Origin: Acholeplasma laidlawii PG-8A
Lineage (GTDB): Bacteria; Bacillota_I; Bacilli_A; Acholeplasmatales; Acholeplasmataceae
Reading direction: 5' to 3'
Length of the DNA: 32,000 nt
Assembly (NCBI RefSeq): GCF_000018785.1
Contig: NC_010163.1
Coordinates: 30,001-62,000 of the forward strand
A model generated the notes under the pieces. The model searched no databases. It was not told the DNA's origin and saw only the letters and a list, made by a program, of their open reading frames with translations. The position numbers were made by a program, and so were the translations under genes. Below are positions 9,505-18,491 of the stretch, piece by piece; positions within the stretch are counted from its first letter, which is position 1, and each line of letters begins with the position of its first letter.

Positions 9505-10626
9505 ATGAAAATATTACTAAAAGTTGTTAAATGGACACTTATTACAGTTTTAAGTTTTATCTTAGTGCTTGCTGTACTTAATATCGTACCATTTAGTTTA
9601 TCTAAAGCTAAAAACGAAAACCACTTTAGAAAAACCACAGATTATCCTATGGTCATTCCTCATGGTGGAGCTAAACTATTAGCACCAGAAAACACCATAT
9701 GGGCATATGATATGTTAATTAATGAATTTCAAGCAGATGTCTTAGAAATAGACTTAGCACTAACAAAAGATAATATCTTAATTGCACATCACGATCTTGA
9801 TTTAGAGTTTTCTAGTGAGTCTGATATGAATGGTACACTGATAAGAACCCATAACTACCAAGATATCTTAGCTGAATATGAGAGTGATAATTACTATTTA
9901 GCTAGAAGATTTACGTACCCTAGTGATTATGCATATGATCCTGTTAAAGGTATCAAACCATTTGAAAATGAAACAGATGAAGCTATACTATCTAAATTAG
10001 TACCTGCTAAGTTATAAGATATCTTCACAAATGTTGGTGATGATGTATTATACATATTAGAAATAAAAGATTCACCAACATCTGAAGGTTATGATCATGA
10101 GATTCATGACTTTGTATTAGCTTCTCAAATACTAATTGATTTAGTTAACTTATATAATTTAGAATCACATGTAGTCCTAGCATCATTTTCAGATGATGTC
10201 ACAACTTACTTTAAAGACAATGCACCAGATATTTTAGTAAATGCTGGCACATCAGAAGTTACAATGTTTGCAGTATATAGTGCATTCTTTATCGATTTCT
10301 TTTGGACAGTTAAATCAGAGGTGTTAATCCTTCCGACACCATCATCTATGTCTATTACAGGATCAACAGCAAACCTTTTAGATATGCTACCTGGTTTTAT
10401 TAGAAATAATATTGCAATTAAGGGTGATGATGATATCTACCGTGCAAACCTTATGGGTAAAGAAATTATTAATGATGCACATAGAAAAAATATGGCTGTC
10501 TTATACTGGACAGTAAACTCTAAAGAAGAGATGAGACTCCTAATTAAAAACGGTGCAGATGGTATCATTACAGATAGACCTGATTTATTAATTGAGGTCA
10601 TTAATGAATTAGAAGCAGAAGCGTAA
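9505..10626 (+). pseudogene. Glycerophosphodiester phosphodiesterase (GDPD) gene interrupted by one in-frame TAA at 10015-10017
   Basis: N-part PHGGAKLLAPENTIWAYD...VLEIDLALTKDNILIAHHD; after the TAA the same frame continues without a stop (DIFTNVGDDVLYILEIKDS...VTMFAVYS...LYWTVNSKEEMRLLIKNGADGIITDRPD) to 10626. ORF-track pieces 9505..10017 and 10264..10626 are in the same frame. Confidence 0.85.
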
Positions 10627-10662
10627 AAATTTTAAAATAATTGCATATAATTTTTAAAATAG

Positions 10663-10692
10663 GCCATAATCATTTGATAGATTATGGCTTTT
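10663..10692 (+). terminator. Intrinsic terminator after GDPD gene
   Basis: GCCATAATC-atttgata-GATTATGGC-TTTT. Confidence 0.8.
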
Positions 10693-10768
10693 ATTTATAG
10701 TAAACCACCAAATTTAATCTAAAAATAAGAAATAAACCAGCAATTTAATAAGTAACACAACACGAAAA

Positions 10769-10785
10769 TGCGAAAACGTTTACGT
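10769..10785. promoter_or_regulatory. LacI-family operator candidate O1
   Basis: TGCGAAAACGTTTACGT; 16 of 17 bases identical to O2, with central CG of LacI/GalR-type operators. Confidence 0.7.
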
Positions 10786-10868
10786 AAGAAAAATTACGTT
10801 AACGCCTTACTAAAGCGAATCACATAATTTTTGAAAATAAAACGCTTACATTCAGGTAAAAAAATTGC

Positions 10869-10896
10869 TTGAATTAAAAAAGTGACATGATAAAAT
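10869..10896 (+). promoter_or_regulatory. Candidate promoter of lacI / sugar operon
   Basis: TTGAAT -16 nt- TAAAAT, immediately upstream of operator O2. Confidence 0.55.
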
Positions 10897-10901
10897 ATAG
10901 T

Positions 10902-10918
10902 TGCGCAAACGTTTACGT
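10902..10918. promoter_or_regulatory. LacI-family operator candidate O2 over the expected transcription start
   Basis: TGCGCAAACGTTTACGT, 19 nt upstream of the lacI-family ATG and just downstream of a TAAAAT -10 candidate. Confidence 0.75.
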
Positions 10919-10936
10919 CGATAGGGGATTGATAAT

Positions 10937-11956
10937 ATGGTGAAGTTAAAGGATATTGCTGATGTGGCTGGTGTAAGTATTGGTACAGTGAGTAAAGCCT
11001 TAAGCAATAGTCATGAAATCAGTATTAAAGTCACAAAGAAAATACATAAGATTGCCAGAGAAATGGGATATATCGCAAACTCTCAAGCTAGGAGTTTAAA
11101 AACAAATAGATCCTATAATATCGGTGTTGTATATATTGATAAATCTAAAGCAGGTTTAAAGCATGAGTATTTTTCAACTATGCTAAGTAGTATACAAGAA
11201 ACCTTACGTATCAAAGGATATGACTTTACCTTCATCTCTAATTTGGTTGGTACAACAAAGCATACCTTATTAAGTCATGCACGCTACCGAAGATGTGATG
11301 GTGTCATTATTGCTACTGCAGACTATGATGATCCTGAAATTCATCAACTTATGGCATCAGACATGAAGGTTGTTACAATTGATCATGATTTTCCAAATAG
11401 AACAGCTATCATGTCGGATAATAATATTGGTTTAGGAAAGATTGTGGATTATATATATAAATTAGGTCACACCAAAATTGCATTTATACATGGTGAAATG
11501 ACCCAAGTTACGAAAGATAGATTAGAATCTTTTAAAACAGCATGTCAAAGACTAAATATCGATATACCACAAGCATATATTAAACAAGCAGATTATCATT
11601 TACCAAAACAAAGTGGTATAGCAACCAGGGAATTACTTAGTTTAGATGAAAAACCAACATGTATCATATATCCTGATGATTACTCATTTATGGGCGGGAT
11701 GACTGAAATAGAAAAACATGGATTAAGCATACCGAATGATATTTCAGTTGTTGGATATGACGGGATTTATCTATCTAGAATACTTAGACCAACGCTAACA
11801 ACTTATGTTCAAAATAGCGAAGAGATTGGTAAACAAGCAGCATTAAAGCTTATCAATCATATAGAAAATCCCAAAGAGTTTATTTCTGAAAGAATAACAA
11901 TTACTGGAAAACTTCAAAAGGGTCATACAGTTAAAGATATTAAAAACACTTTTTAA
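10937..11956 (+). CDS. LacI/GalR family transcriptional regulator
   Basis: N-terminal HTH VKLKDIADVAGVSIGTVSKALSNSHEISIKV; periplasmic-binding-like effector domain ending in SVVGYDGIYLSRILRPTLTTYVQNSEEIGKQAALKL. Confidence 0.95.
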   Translation: MVKLKDIADVAGVSIGTVSKALSNSHEISIKVTKKIHKIAREMGYIANSQARSLKTNRSYNIGVVYIDKSKAGLKHEYFSTMLSSIQETLRIKGYDFTFISNLVGTTKHTLLSHARYRRCDGVIIATADYDDPEIHQLMASDMKVVTIDHDFPNRTAIMSDNNIGLGKIVDYIYKLGHTKIAFIHGEMTQVTKDRLESFKTACQRLNIDIPQAYIKQADYHLPKQSGIATRELLSLDEKPTCIIYPDDYSFMGGMTEIEKHGLSIPNDISVVGYDGIYLSRILRPTLTTYVQNSEEIGKQAALKLINHIENPKEFISERITITGKLQKGHTVKDIKNTF

Positions 11957-11985
11957 AATTTAAAATATAGAAAAGGGGTACTAAA

Positions 11986-13377
11986 ATGTTTAAAAAGTTA
12001 TTTGTAGGGTTACTTGTATTACTTGCAGCTATTGGGTTAGTTGCTTGTGACAATGGATCAGGTGGTGTAGAGGCAAAAGAAGAAGGTTCTACACTAGTTA
12101 TTCGAGTTTGGAACGATGAGTTTATCGGTCGTTTCAGAAATTTCTATCCAGGCTTTGTTAAGACAAACTCTGATGGAACAGATCTCTTAGATGATGGAAC
12201 AATCGTCAAATGGATACAAGTTGCAAATGATAACAACGCGTATCAAATCGCATTAGATGCTGCACTGGCAAACCAAAATTCAGCAGCAGCTAATGATAAA
12301 GTGGATATCTTCTTAATTGAAGCGGATTACGCTACAAAATATGCAAACGATCGTTATGCATTAGATATTCATGGTGATTTAAAAATTAAAGAATCAGTTG
12401 TTGCAGATATGTATCAATATACTAAGGATATCGTTACAGATGATAAGGGTATATTAAGAGCAGTATCATGGCAAGCAACACCAGGCTTATTTGCTTATAG
12501 AGCAGATATTGCAAGAGAAGTACTAGGTACTGACGTACCAGCAGAAGTACAAGCTAAAATTGATACTTGGGCTAAATTTGACACAGTTGCAGCACAAATG
12601 AAAGCTAAGAGTTATAGTATGTTATCTGGTTATGATGATGCATTTAGAGCATATTCAAATAATACATCGGCTAAATGGGTCAATGATAAAAATGAAGTAG
12701 TCGTAGACCAACAAATCTTAAACTGGATTAAACAAACTAAAAACTATTCAACAAATGGATATAACAATGGTAATGGACTATGGAGTGATGGATGGCAAAG
12801 TGACCAAGGATCAACAGGCAATGTATTTGGATTCTTTTACTCAACATGGGGTATTAACTTTACGCTATTAGGTAACTCACTAGATGATGCTGATGCACCT
12901 AAAGAAGTAGGTAATGGATTATTTGGTGAGTACCGTGTTGTTCAAGGTCCTGCAAGTTACTATTGGGGTGGTACTTGGATAGTGGGTGCTAAAGGTACAG
13001 ACAATCCAACACTTGTTAAAGACATTATGATCAAGATGACTGCAAACCCAGCAATTGCAGAATCTATTACAAGAGAAGTTGAAGACTACACAAACAATAA
13101 AACAGCTATGACTAAAATAGCAAACGATGCAACATATGGTTCAGCATTCTTAGGTGGACAAAACCATATCGCTTTATTTACGTCAGCTGCCCAAAAAATC
13201 GATATGAGTAATGCATCACCTTATGACCAAGGGTTAAATGAAGGTATTCAAACTGCAATGAAAGACTACTTTGCAGGCACATCAACATTTGATCAAGCAT
13301 GGACAAGATTTAAAGAAATCGTTGGTGAAAAATATCCAGAATTAAAATTCCCAACAACACCGGCAGAACCAAAATAA
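11986..13377 (+). CDS. Sugar ABC transporter substrate-binding lipoprotein
   Basis: Lipobox LLAAIGLVACDNGSG; solute-binding protein layout; followed by MalF/MalG-type permeases. Confidence 0.9.
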   Translation: MFKKLFVGLLVLLAAIGLVACDNGSGGVEAKEEGSTLVIRVWNDEFIGRFRNFYPGFVKTNSDGTDLLDDGTIVKWIQVANDNNAYQIALDAALANQNSAAANDKVDIFLIEADYATKYANDRYALDIHGDLKIKESVVADMYQYTKDIVTDDKGILRAVSWQATPGLFAYRADIAREVLGTDVPAEVQAKIDTWAKFDTVAAQMKAKSYSMLSGYDDAFRAYSNNTSAKWVNDKNEVVVDQQILNWIKQTKNYSTNGYNNGNGLWSDGWQSDQGSTGNVFGFFYSTWGINFTLLGNSLDDADAPKEVGNGLFGEYRVVQGPASYYWGGTWIVGAKGTDNPTLVKDIMIKMTANPAIAESITREVEDYTNNKTAMTKIANDATYGSAFLGGQNHIALFTSAAQKIDMSNASPYDQGLNEGIQTAMKDYFAGTSTFDQAWTRFKEIVGEKYPELKFPTTPAEPK

Positions 13378-13395
13378 TTAATATACATTAAATTT

Positions 13396-13430
13396 GATGA
13401 GGGAATTACCTTCCCTCATCAAGTCTTTTT
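13396..13430 (+). terminator. Intra-operon terminator between binding protein and permease genes
   Basis: GATGAGGGAA-ttacc-TTCCCTCATC-aagtcttttt. Confidence 0.8.
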
Positions 13431-13496
13431 GAATCAATAACTTTTAAAATTATGTAAACTTATTTTTAAATATAAGTACATGAAGGGGTATAATTT

Positions 13497-14456
13497 ATGT
13501 CTAAAAAGCGAAATAAAATTAATTACAACAAATGGGGATATTATTTTGTAGCACCTTTTATCATTGTATATTTGGTCTTTTCTCTGATCCCGCTATTATC
13601 AACGTTTTACTATAGTTTCTTTGAATATTACTATGCACAAGGTGGGTTTATAAAGATAGGACCAAATTTCATAGGCTTTGAAAATTATGTAACATTGTTT
13701 AGCCAAGGTGTCTTCATAAAATATCTGGGTAATACAATTGTTTTATGGTTGATGGGTTTTATACCCCAAGTTATTGTTTCATTACTGATGGCATTATGGT
13801 TTACATCCTTTAGACTTAAACTAAAAGGTACGGCATTTTTTAAAACAGTCATGTATCTTCCAAACCTAGTGATGGCAGCAGCCTTTTCCATGTTATTTGT
13901 TCAACTATTTTCAAATACAGGTGGGTTAACAACATTACTAATTGAATTAAACATTATCCCCGAAACATTTAGTTTCGTTGATAATGTTTGGCCAACAAGA
14001 GCGCTAATAGCACTGATGAACTTCTTGATGTGGTTTGGTAATACAACGATATTACTCATGGCAGGTATTATGGGTATTGATGATTCTTTAATTGAATCTG
14101 CCAGTGTAGATGGTGCAAATAGTAGACAAGTATTTACTAAGATTACACTACCACTTTTAAAACCTATATTATTATTTGTTTTAGTTACTTCTTTAGTTGG
14201 TGGTATTCAAATGTTTGATATACCATTTGTCTTTACAAGAGGGACTGGTGGTCCACAAGGATCATCACAGACTGTTATGATGTACATTAGTGGCTTACTA
14301 AGAACAAGTAAGCAATATGATATGGCAGGTACTGCTTCTGTTATATTATTTATTCTTACAACGATTATTAGCTTATTATTCTTCTTTATCATGAATAAAG
14401 ATGAAATTAAAGAATACCGTGAAGAGAAGAGAATAAGAAAGGAGATGAAAAGATGA
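13497..14456 (+). CDS. Sugar ABC transporter permease, MalF type
   Basis: Multiple TM segments and the inner-membrane EAA-like loop ESASVDGANSRQVFTKITLPLLKP. Confidence 0.93.
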   Translation: MSKKRNKINYNKWGYYFVAPFIIVYLVFSLIPLLSTFYYSFFEYYYAQGGFIKIGPNFIGFENYVTLFSQGVFIKYLGNTIVLWLMGFIPQVIVSLLMALWFTSFRLKLKGTAFFKTVMYLPNLVMAAAFSMLFVQLFSNTGGLTTLLIELNIIPETFSFVDNVWPTRALIALMNFLMWFGNTTILLMAGIMGIDDSLIESASVDGANSRQVFTKITLPLLKPILLFVLVTSLVGGIQMFDIPFVFTRGTGGPQGSSQTVMMYISGLLRTSKQYDMAGTASVILFILTTIISLLFFFIMNKDEIKEYREEKRIRKEMKR

Positions 14457-15331
14457 ACAAATCATTTAATTTAAAAAAGATGCGTTTTGTTGATAAGCTC
14501 CCTTTATATTTTCTTAAATTCTTTATCTACTTTATTTTAGGTGTGTTTGCATTTGTAATTATCTTCTTATTCTATACATTGTTTGTAAATGCATCAAGAC
14601 CACACATTGATATTTCTAAGGGGTTTTCAATATTTCCGGGTTCATTTTTTATTAGAAACTTAAATAAAATCCTAACTCAAGAAAACCTATTTGTTATAGA
14701 AGGTATTAGAAATAGTTTCTTTATAGCCTTTGTATCTGGGATACTTACAACATACTTTAGTGCATTAACAGCTTATGCAATACATCTATATAAATTTAAA
14801 GGAAATAGATTTATCCATCTAGCGATATTAGCGGTTATGATGATTCCATCACAAATCGCCGGTATCGGGTTAGTAACGATATTATATAGTATAGGATTTG
14901 TAAATAATTACTGGGTAATCATCATACCCGCAATTGCATCACCAGCGACATTCTTTTTCATGAAACAATACATTCAAAGTGTATTACCTTATGAGATTAT
15001 TGAAGCTGCACGTGTTGATGGATCAAGTGAATTTAGAACGTTTAATCAAATTGTACTTCCAATTATTAAACCAGCTTTATCCGTTCAATTTATCTTTGCT
15101 TTTGTAGCAAGTTGGAACAACTTATTCATACCATCTTTAATTATTCAAGATGGTAATAAAAGAACGTTGCCAATTATAATTGCTCAACTGGGTGTATCTG
15201 ATCCGAAAAACTTTGATCAAGGTGCTCGATTTATGCTTATGTTTCTAGCAATTATTCCAACAGTGATCATATATCTGATTTTTTCTAAATATATTATAAA
15301 AGGTACTACAGCAGGTAGTGTGAAAGGTTAA
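14453..15331 (+). CDS. Sugar ABC transporter permease, MalG type
   Basis: EAA loop EAARVDGSSEFRTFNQIVLPIIKPA; 4-nt overlap with preceding gene. Confidence 0.93.
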   Translation: MNKSFNLKKMRFVDKLPLYFLKFFIYFILGVFAFVIIFLFYTLFVNASRPHIDISKGFSIFPGSFFIRNLNKILTQENLFVIEGIRNSFFIAFVSGILTTYFSALTAYAIHLYKFKGNRFIHLAILAVMMIPSQIAGIGLVTILYSIGFVNNYWVIIIPAIASPATFFFMKQYIQSVLPYEIIEAARVDGSSEFRTFNQIVLPIIKPALSVQFIFAFVASWNNLFIPSLIIQDGNKRTLPIIIAQLGVSDPKNFDQGARFMLMFLAIIPTVIIYLIFSKYIIKGTTAGSVKG

Positions 15332-15346
15332 TAAAGGACAATACTT

Positions 15347-17767
15347 ATGAAATATGGCTATTTTGATGATTTAAATAAAGAATACGTGATAACAACACCT
15401 TACACACCCTATCCTTGGATAAACTATCTAGGTAGTGATGACTATTTTGTTTTAATGTCAAATACTTCTGGTGGTTATAGTTTTTATAAAGATGCAAGAG
15501 ATAGAAGAATTACTAGATATCGCTACAATAATGTCCCTGTAGATAATGAAGGTAAATACTTCTTTATAAAAGATAAAGAAAGTATCTGGAATATTGGTGT
15601 TAAACCGACTAAAACACCATTAGACAGTTATGAAGTTAGACATGGTATGGGATACACCAAGTTTAATTCTAAAAAAGATGGACTTGTTGCTAAACAACTA
15701 TCGTTTGTACCAAAAAACTTTAATGGTGAAATCCATAAAATCACTTTAGAAAATACAACAAATGAAACAAAACATATAGAACTTATATCTTATGTTGAAT
15801 GGGCATTATGGAATGCCTTAGACGATCAAACAAATTTCCAGCGTAATTTATCGATTGGTGAAGTAGAAGTAGATGGGTCTACGATATATCACAAAACTGA
15901 ATATAGAGAACGTAGAAACCATTATGCATTTTTTCATGTGAATCACGATCTTAGTGGATTTGATACAGATAGAGAACAATTTTTAGGTCTATATAATGAT
16001 GTATCTAGTCCTGAAGTTGTAAGAGAAGGTAAACCTAAAAATAGTATAGCTGATGGATGGTCACCTATTGGTTCACACTTTATAAGCGTTGAACTCAAAG
16101 CACATGAACATAAAGACTTTATATTCATGATTGGTTATGTTGAAAGTGATAAATTTGATAAATTTGAAAGTCACAAAGTTATCAACAAAAAATTAGCAAA
16201 AGAAATGATCGATAAATATAAAAACGTAGACCAAGTAATGGCTTCATTTAGAGATTTAAACACATTCTGGCATAACACGCTTTCAAATTATCAAATCAAG
16301 TCTAATGATGATAAGTTAAACCGTATGGTCAATATTTGGAATCAATACCAAACCATGACAACCTTTAATTTAAGTCGTAGTGCATCCTATTTTGAATCTG
16401 GTGTAGGAAGGGGTATGGGTTTTAGAGACTCTAACCAAGACTTACTAGGATTTATGCATATGGATAGTGTTAAGACACGTCAAAGATTAATAGATTTAGC
16501 ATCAACACTACTCTATGATGGTGGTGCATACCATCAGTATTCACCACTTACTAAAAAGGGAAATGCTGATTTAGGTTCAGGTTTTAATGATGATCCAAAT
16601 TGGTTTATATTAGCATGTGTACAGTACATTAAAGAGTCTGGTGATTTTACAATCCTTGATGAAGTCATCATGTATGAATCAAATCCAAATTTAAAAGGAA
16701 GCATGTTAGAACACTTAGAAAAAGCATTTTATAAAACGGCACTTAATCTTGGGCCGCATGGTCTACCATTAATTGGTAGAGCTGATTGGAATGACTGTCT
16801 TAATTTAAACTGTTTTTCAGACGAACCAGGAGAGTCTTTCCAAACAGTTCAAAATAAGGGTGATGGTAAAACTGCAGAAAGTATCTTTATAGCGGGACTC
16901 TTTGTATATGTAGGTAAAAAATACAGTGAACTGCTAGATAGAATAAATGATCATCATAACAAACAAAAAGTAGATGCACTCGTACAAAAAATGACACATC
17001 AAGTTGAAAAACATGGTTTCGATGGTAATTGGTTTTTAAGAGCATATGATGCTTATGGTCATAAAGTGGGTTCACACACAAACGATGAAGGAAAGATATT
17101 CATCGAGCCTCAAGGTATATGTGTCATGGCAGGTATTGGTCTTCAAAACGGTATGGCCAAAAAAGCTTTAGATCATGCTAAAACCATGTTAGATACACCA
17201 TATGGTATGGTTCTAAACTATCCAGCCTATTCCACATACCGTTTAGAATTGGGTGAGATTTCAAGTTATCCTGAAGGCTATAAAGAAAATGGTGGAATTT
17301 TCTGCCACAATAATCCTTGGATTGCATGTGCAGAGGCAGTAGTTGGCAATGGTAATCGTGCATTTGAAGTGTATAAAAAAATCGCACCTGCATATATTGA
17401 GGATATCTCTGATATCCACAAGACAGAACCGTATGTCTACTCACAAATGATTGCAGGTAAAGAAGCTAAAAGACATGGTGAGGCTAAAAACTCATGGCTC
17501 ACTGGAACCTCTGCTTGGAACTTTGTAGCAATTAGTCAATATATTTTAGGTATTCAACCAGAATTTGATGGTTTAAGTATCAAACCTGTATTACCTGATC
17601 ATCTAAATGAACTAGAAATTACTAGAAAGTTTAGACAAAACACATATATTATTAAAGTTATAAGAACTGGTAAGCAAATGATTGAATATAAGGGTAGAAT
17701 CTATAAAGATCACATGATACCTTACGTGGTTTCAAACCAAATAGAACATATTACAGTACACATATAA
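15347..17767 (+). CDS. GH94 family phosphorylase, likely cellobiose phosphorylase
   Basis: MKYGYFDDLNKEYVITTPYTPYPWINYLG, SAYHQYSPLTKKG (from GGAYHQYSPL), GRADWNDCLNLNCF, FCHNNPWIACAE, GEAKNSWLTGTSAWNF; closely resembles remembered clostridial cellobiose phosphorylases. Confidence 0.9.
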   Translation: MKYGYFDDLNKEYVITTPYTPYPWINYLGSDDYFVLMSNTSGGYSFYKDARDRRITRYRYNNVPVDNEGKYFFIKDKESIWNIGVKPTKTPLDSYEVRHGMGYTKFNSKKDGLVAKQLSFVPKNFNGEIHKITLENTTNETKHIELISYVEWALWNALDDQTNFQRNLSIGEVEVDGSTIYHKTEYRERRNHYAFFHVNHDLSGFDTDREQFLGLYNDVSSPEVVREGKPKNSIADGWSPIGSHFISVELKAHEHKDFIFMIGYVESDKFDKFESHKVINKKLAKEMIDKYKNVDQVMASFRDLNTFWHNTLSNYQIKSNDDKLNRMVNIWNQYQTMTTFNLSRSASYFESGVGRGMGFRDSNQDLLGFMHMDSVKTRQRLIDLASTLLYDGGAYHQYSPLTKKGNADLGSGFNDDPNWFILACVQYIKESGDFTILDEVIMYESNPNLKGSMLEHLEKAFYKTALNLGPHGLPLIGRADWNDCLNLNCFSDEPGESFQTVQNKGDGKTAESIFIAGLFVYVGKKYSELLDRINDHHNKQKVDALVQKMTHQVEKHGFDGNWFLRAYDAYGHKVGSHTNDEGKIFIEPQGICVMAGIGLQNGMAKKALDHAKTMLDTPYGMVLNYPAYSTYRLELGEISSYPEGYKENGGIFCHNNPWIACAEAVVGNGNRAFEVYKKIAPAYIEDISDIHKTEPYVYSQMIAGKEAKRHGEAKNSWLTGTSAWNFVAISQYILGIQPEFDGLSIKPVLPDHLNELEITRKFRQNTYIIKVIRTGKQMIEYKGRIYKDHMIPYVVSNQIEHITVHI

Positions 17768-17810
17768 TTTTTTTCATCTTCCTCCTTATATAGGTGTGGT
17801 AAACCTATTA

Positions 17811-17845
17811 AAAAAATATGGATATCATGGCATCCATATTTTTTT
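17811..17845. terminator. Bidirectional terminator between convergent GH94 and osmC genes
   Basis: AAAAAATATGGAT-atcatggc-ATCCATATTTTTTT. Confidence 0.85.
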
Positions 17846-17862
17846 ATTGTTATGTATAATTC

Positions 17863-18285
17863 TTATGCTTGATAAGGAACAATTGTTAAAGTAACACCTG
17901 GTTTATCACCAATTAACTTGGATACAGGACATAATCTATGTGCGTAATCAATAATCTCTTTAGTAGTTACAGGATCTAAGTCTTCAATTGCTGCAGTAGC
18001 ATCCAAAGTAAAACTATATCTTTCAATTGGGTGTAACCATAGTTTAACCTTCACATCCACTCTAGAACGGTTTGTTAACTTTTTAGAACGGATTACAGAA
18101 ATAATAGCTGCATTTAAACAAGTTGCCCATGCAGCACCAATAAGTTGCTCAGGATTTGTATGTTCAGTGTCCGCTTTTAATACAGAAGCAAGACCAAAAG
18201 CATGTCCGTTATCTGCTGTTGCAAATCCCTTAGTACCTTCCATATTAGTTATAACAGTTTCATATATTTGTTTTAAATCATCCAT
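17863..18285 (-). CDS. OsmC/Ohr family peroxiredoxin-like protein
   Basis: NPEQLIGAAWATCLNAAI and AHRLCPVSKLI carry the two expected Cys; start moved from 18366 to 18285 on the basis of the SD AAAGGATG. Confidence 0.87.
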   Translation of the reverse strand: MDDLKQIYETVITNMEGTKGFATADNGHAFGLASVLKADTEHTNPEQLIGAAWATCLNAAIISVIRSKKLTNRSRVDVKVKLWLHPIERYSFTLDATAAIEDLDPVTTKEIIDYAHRLCPVSKLIGDKPGVTLTIVPYQA

Positions 18286-18302
18286 AAAAACACATCCTTT
18301 CA

Positions 18303-18319
18303 TATCTATTATATAGATA
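18303..18319 (-). promoter_or_regulatory. Palindromic operator candidate over the -10 of the osmC/ohr gene
   Basis: TATCTAT-TAT-ATAGATA; the minus strand reads TATCTATATAATAGATA, so a TATAAT lies inside the palindrome. Confidence 0.5.
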
Positions 18320-18424
18320 CCTGTGAAAAAATCATAATTTACGCTATTTACATAGGTGTTTTCCACTAATATTGTGGTTTTTCACATTTAGAATAAAACT
18401 TTTGATATCTTAGTGTCTAATTCA

Positions 18425-18453
18425 TTGATAACGTTATATCGTTAAGATATAAT
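18425..18453 (+). promoter_or_regulatory. Promoter of first amidase-like lipoprotein gene
   Basis: TTGATA (18425-18430) -17 nt- TATAAT (18448-18453). Confidence 0.75.
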
Positions 18454-18460
18454 CAATATG

Positions 18461-18474
18461 TGAAAGCGTTATCA
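18461..18474 (+). promoter_or_regulatory. cre-like (CcpA-type) site overlapping expected +1
   Basis: TGAAAGCGTTATCA matches the TGWAANCGNTNWCA cre consensus at every specified position. Confidence 0.7.
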
Positions 18475-18491
18475 ATATTAGGAGGAATTCA

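Noticed and set aside
9505-10626. TAA at 10015 as evidence of an alternative genetic code
   Set aside because: TAA ends nearly every other confident gene here, so a code change is excluded; local mutation is simpler.
13685-14392. Minus-strand ORFs inside the MalF-type permease gene
   Set aside because: Hydrophobic or low-complexity shadows of the sense strand; no SD.
15943-17444. Three minus-strand ORFs inside the GH94 gene
   Set aside because: Opposite conserved GH94 motifs; composition looks like random antisense translation.
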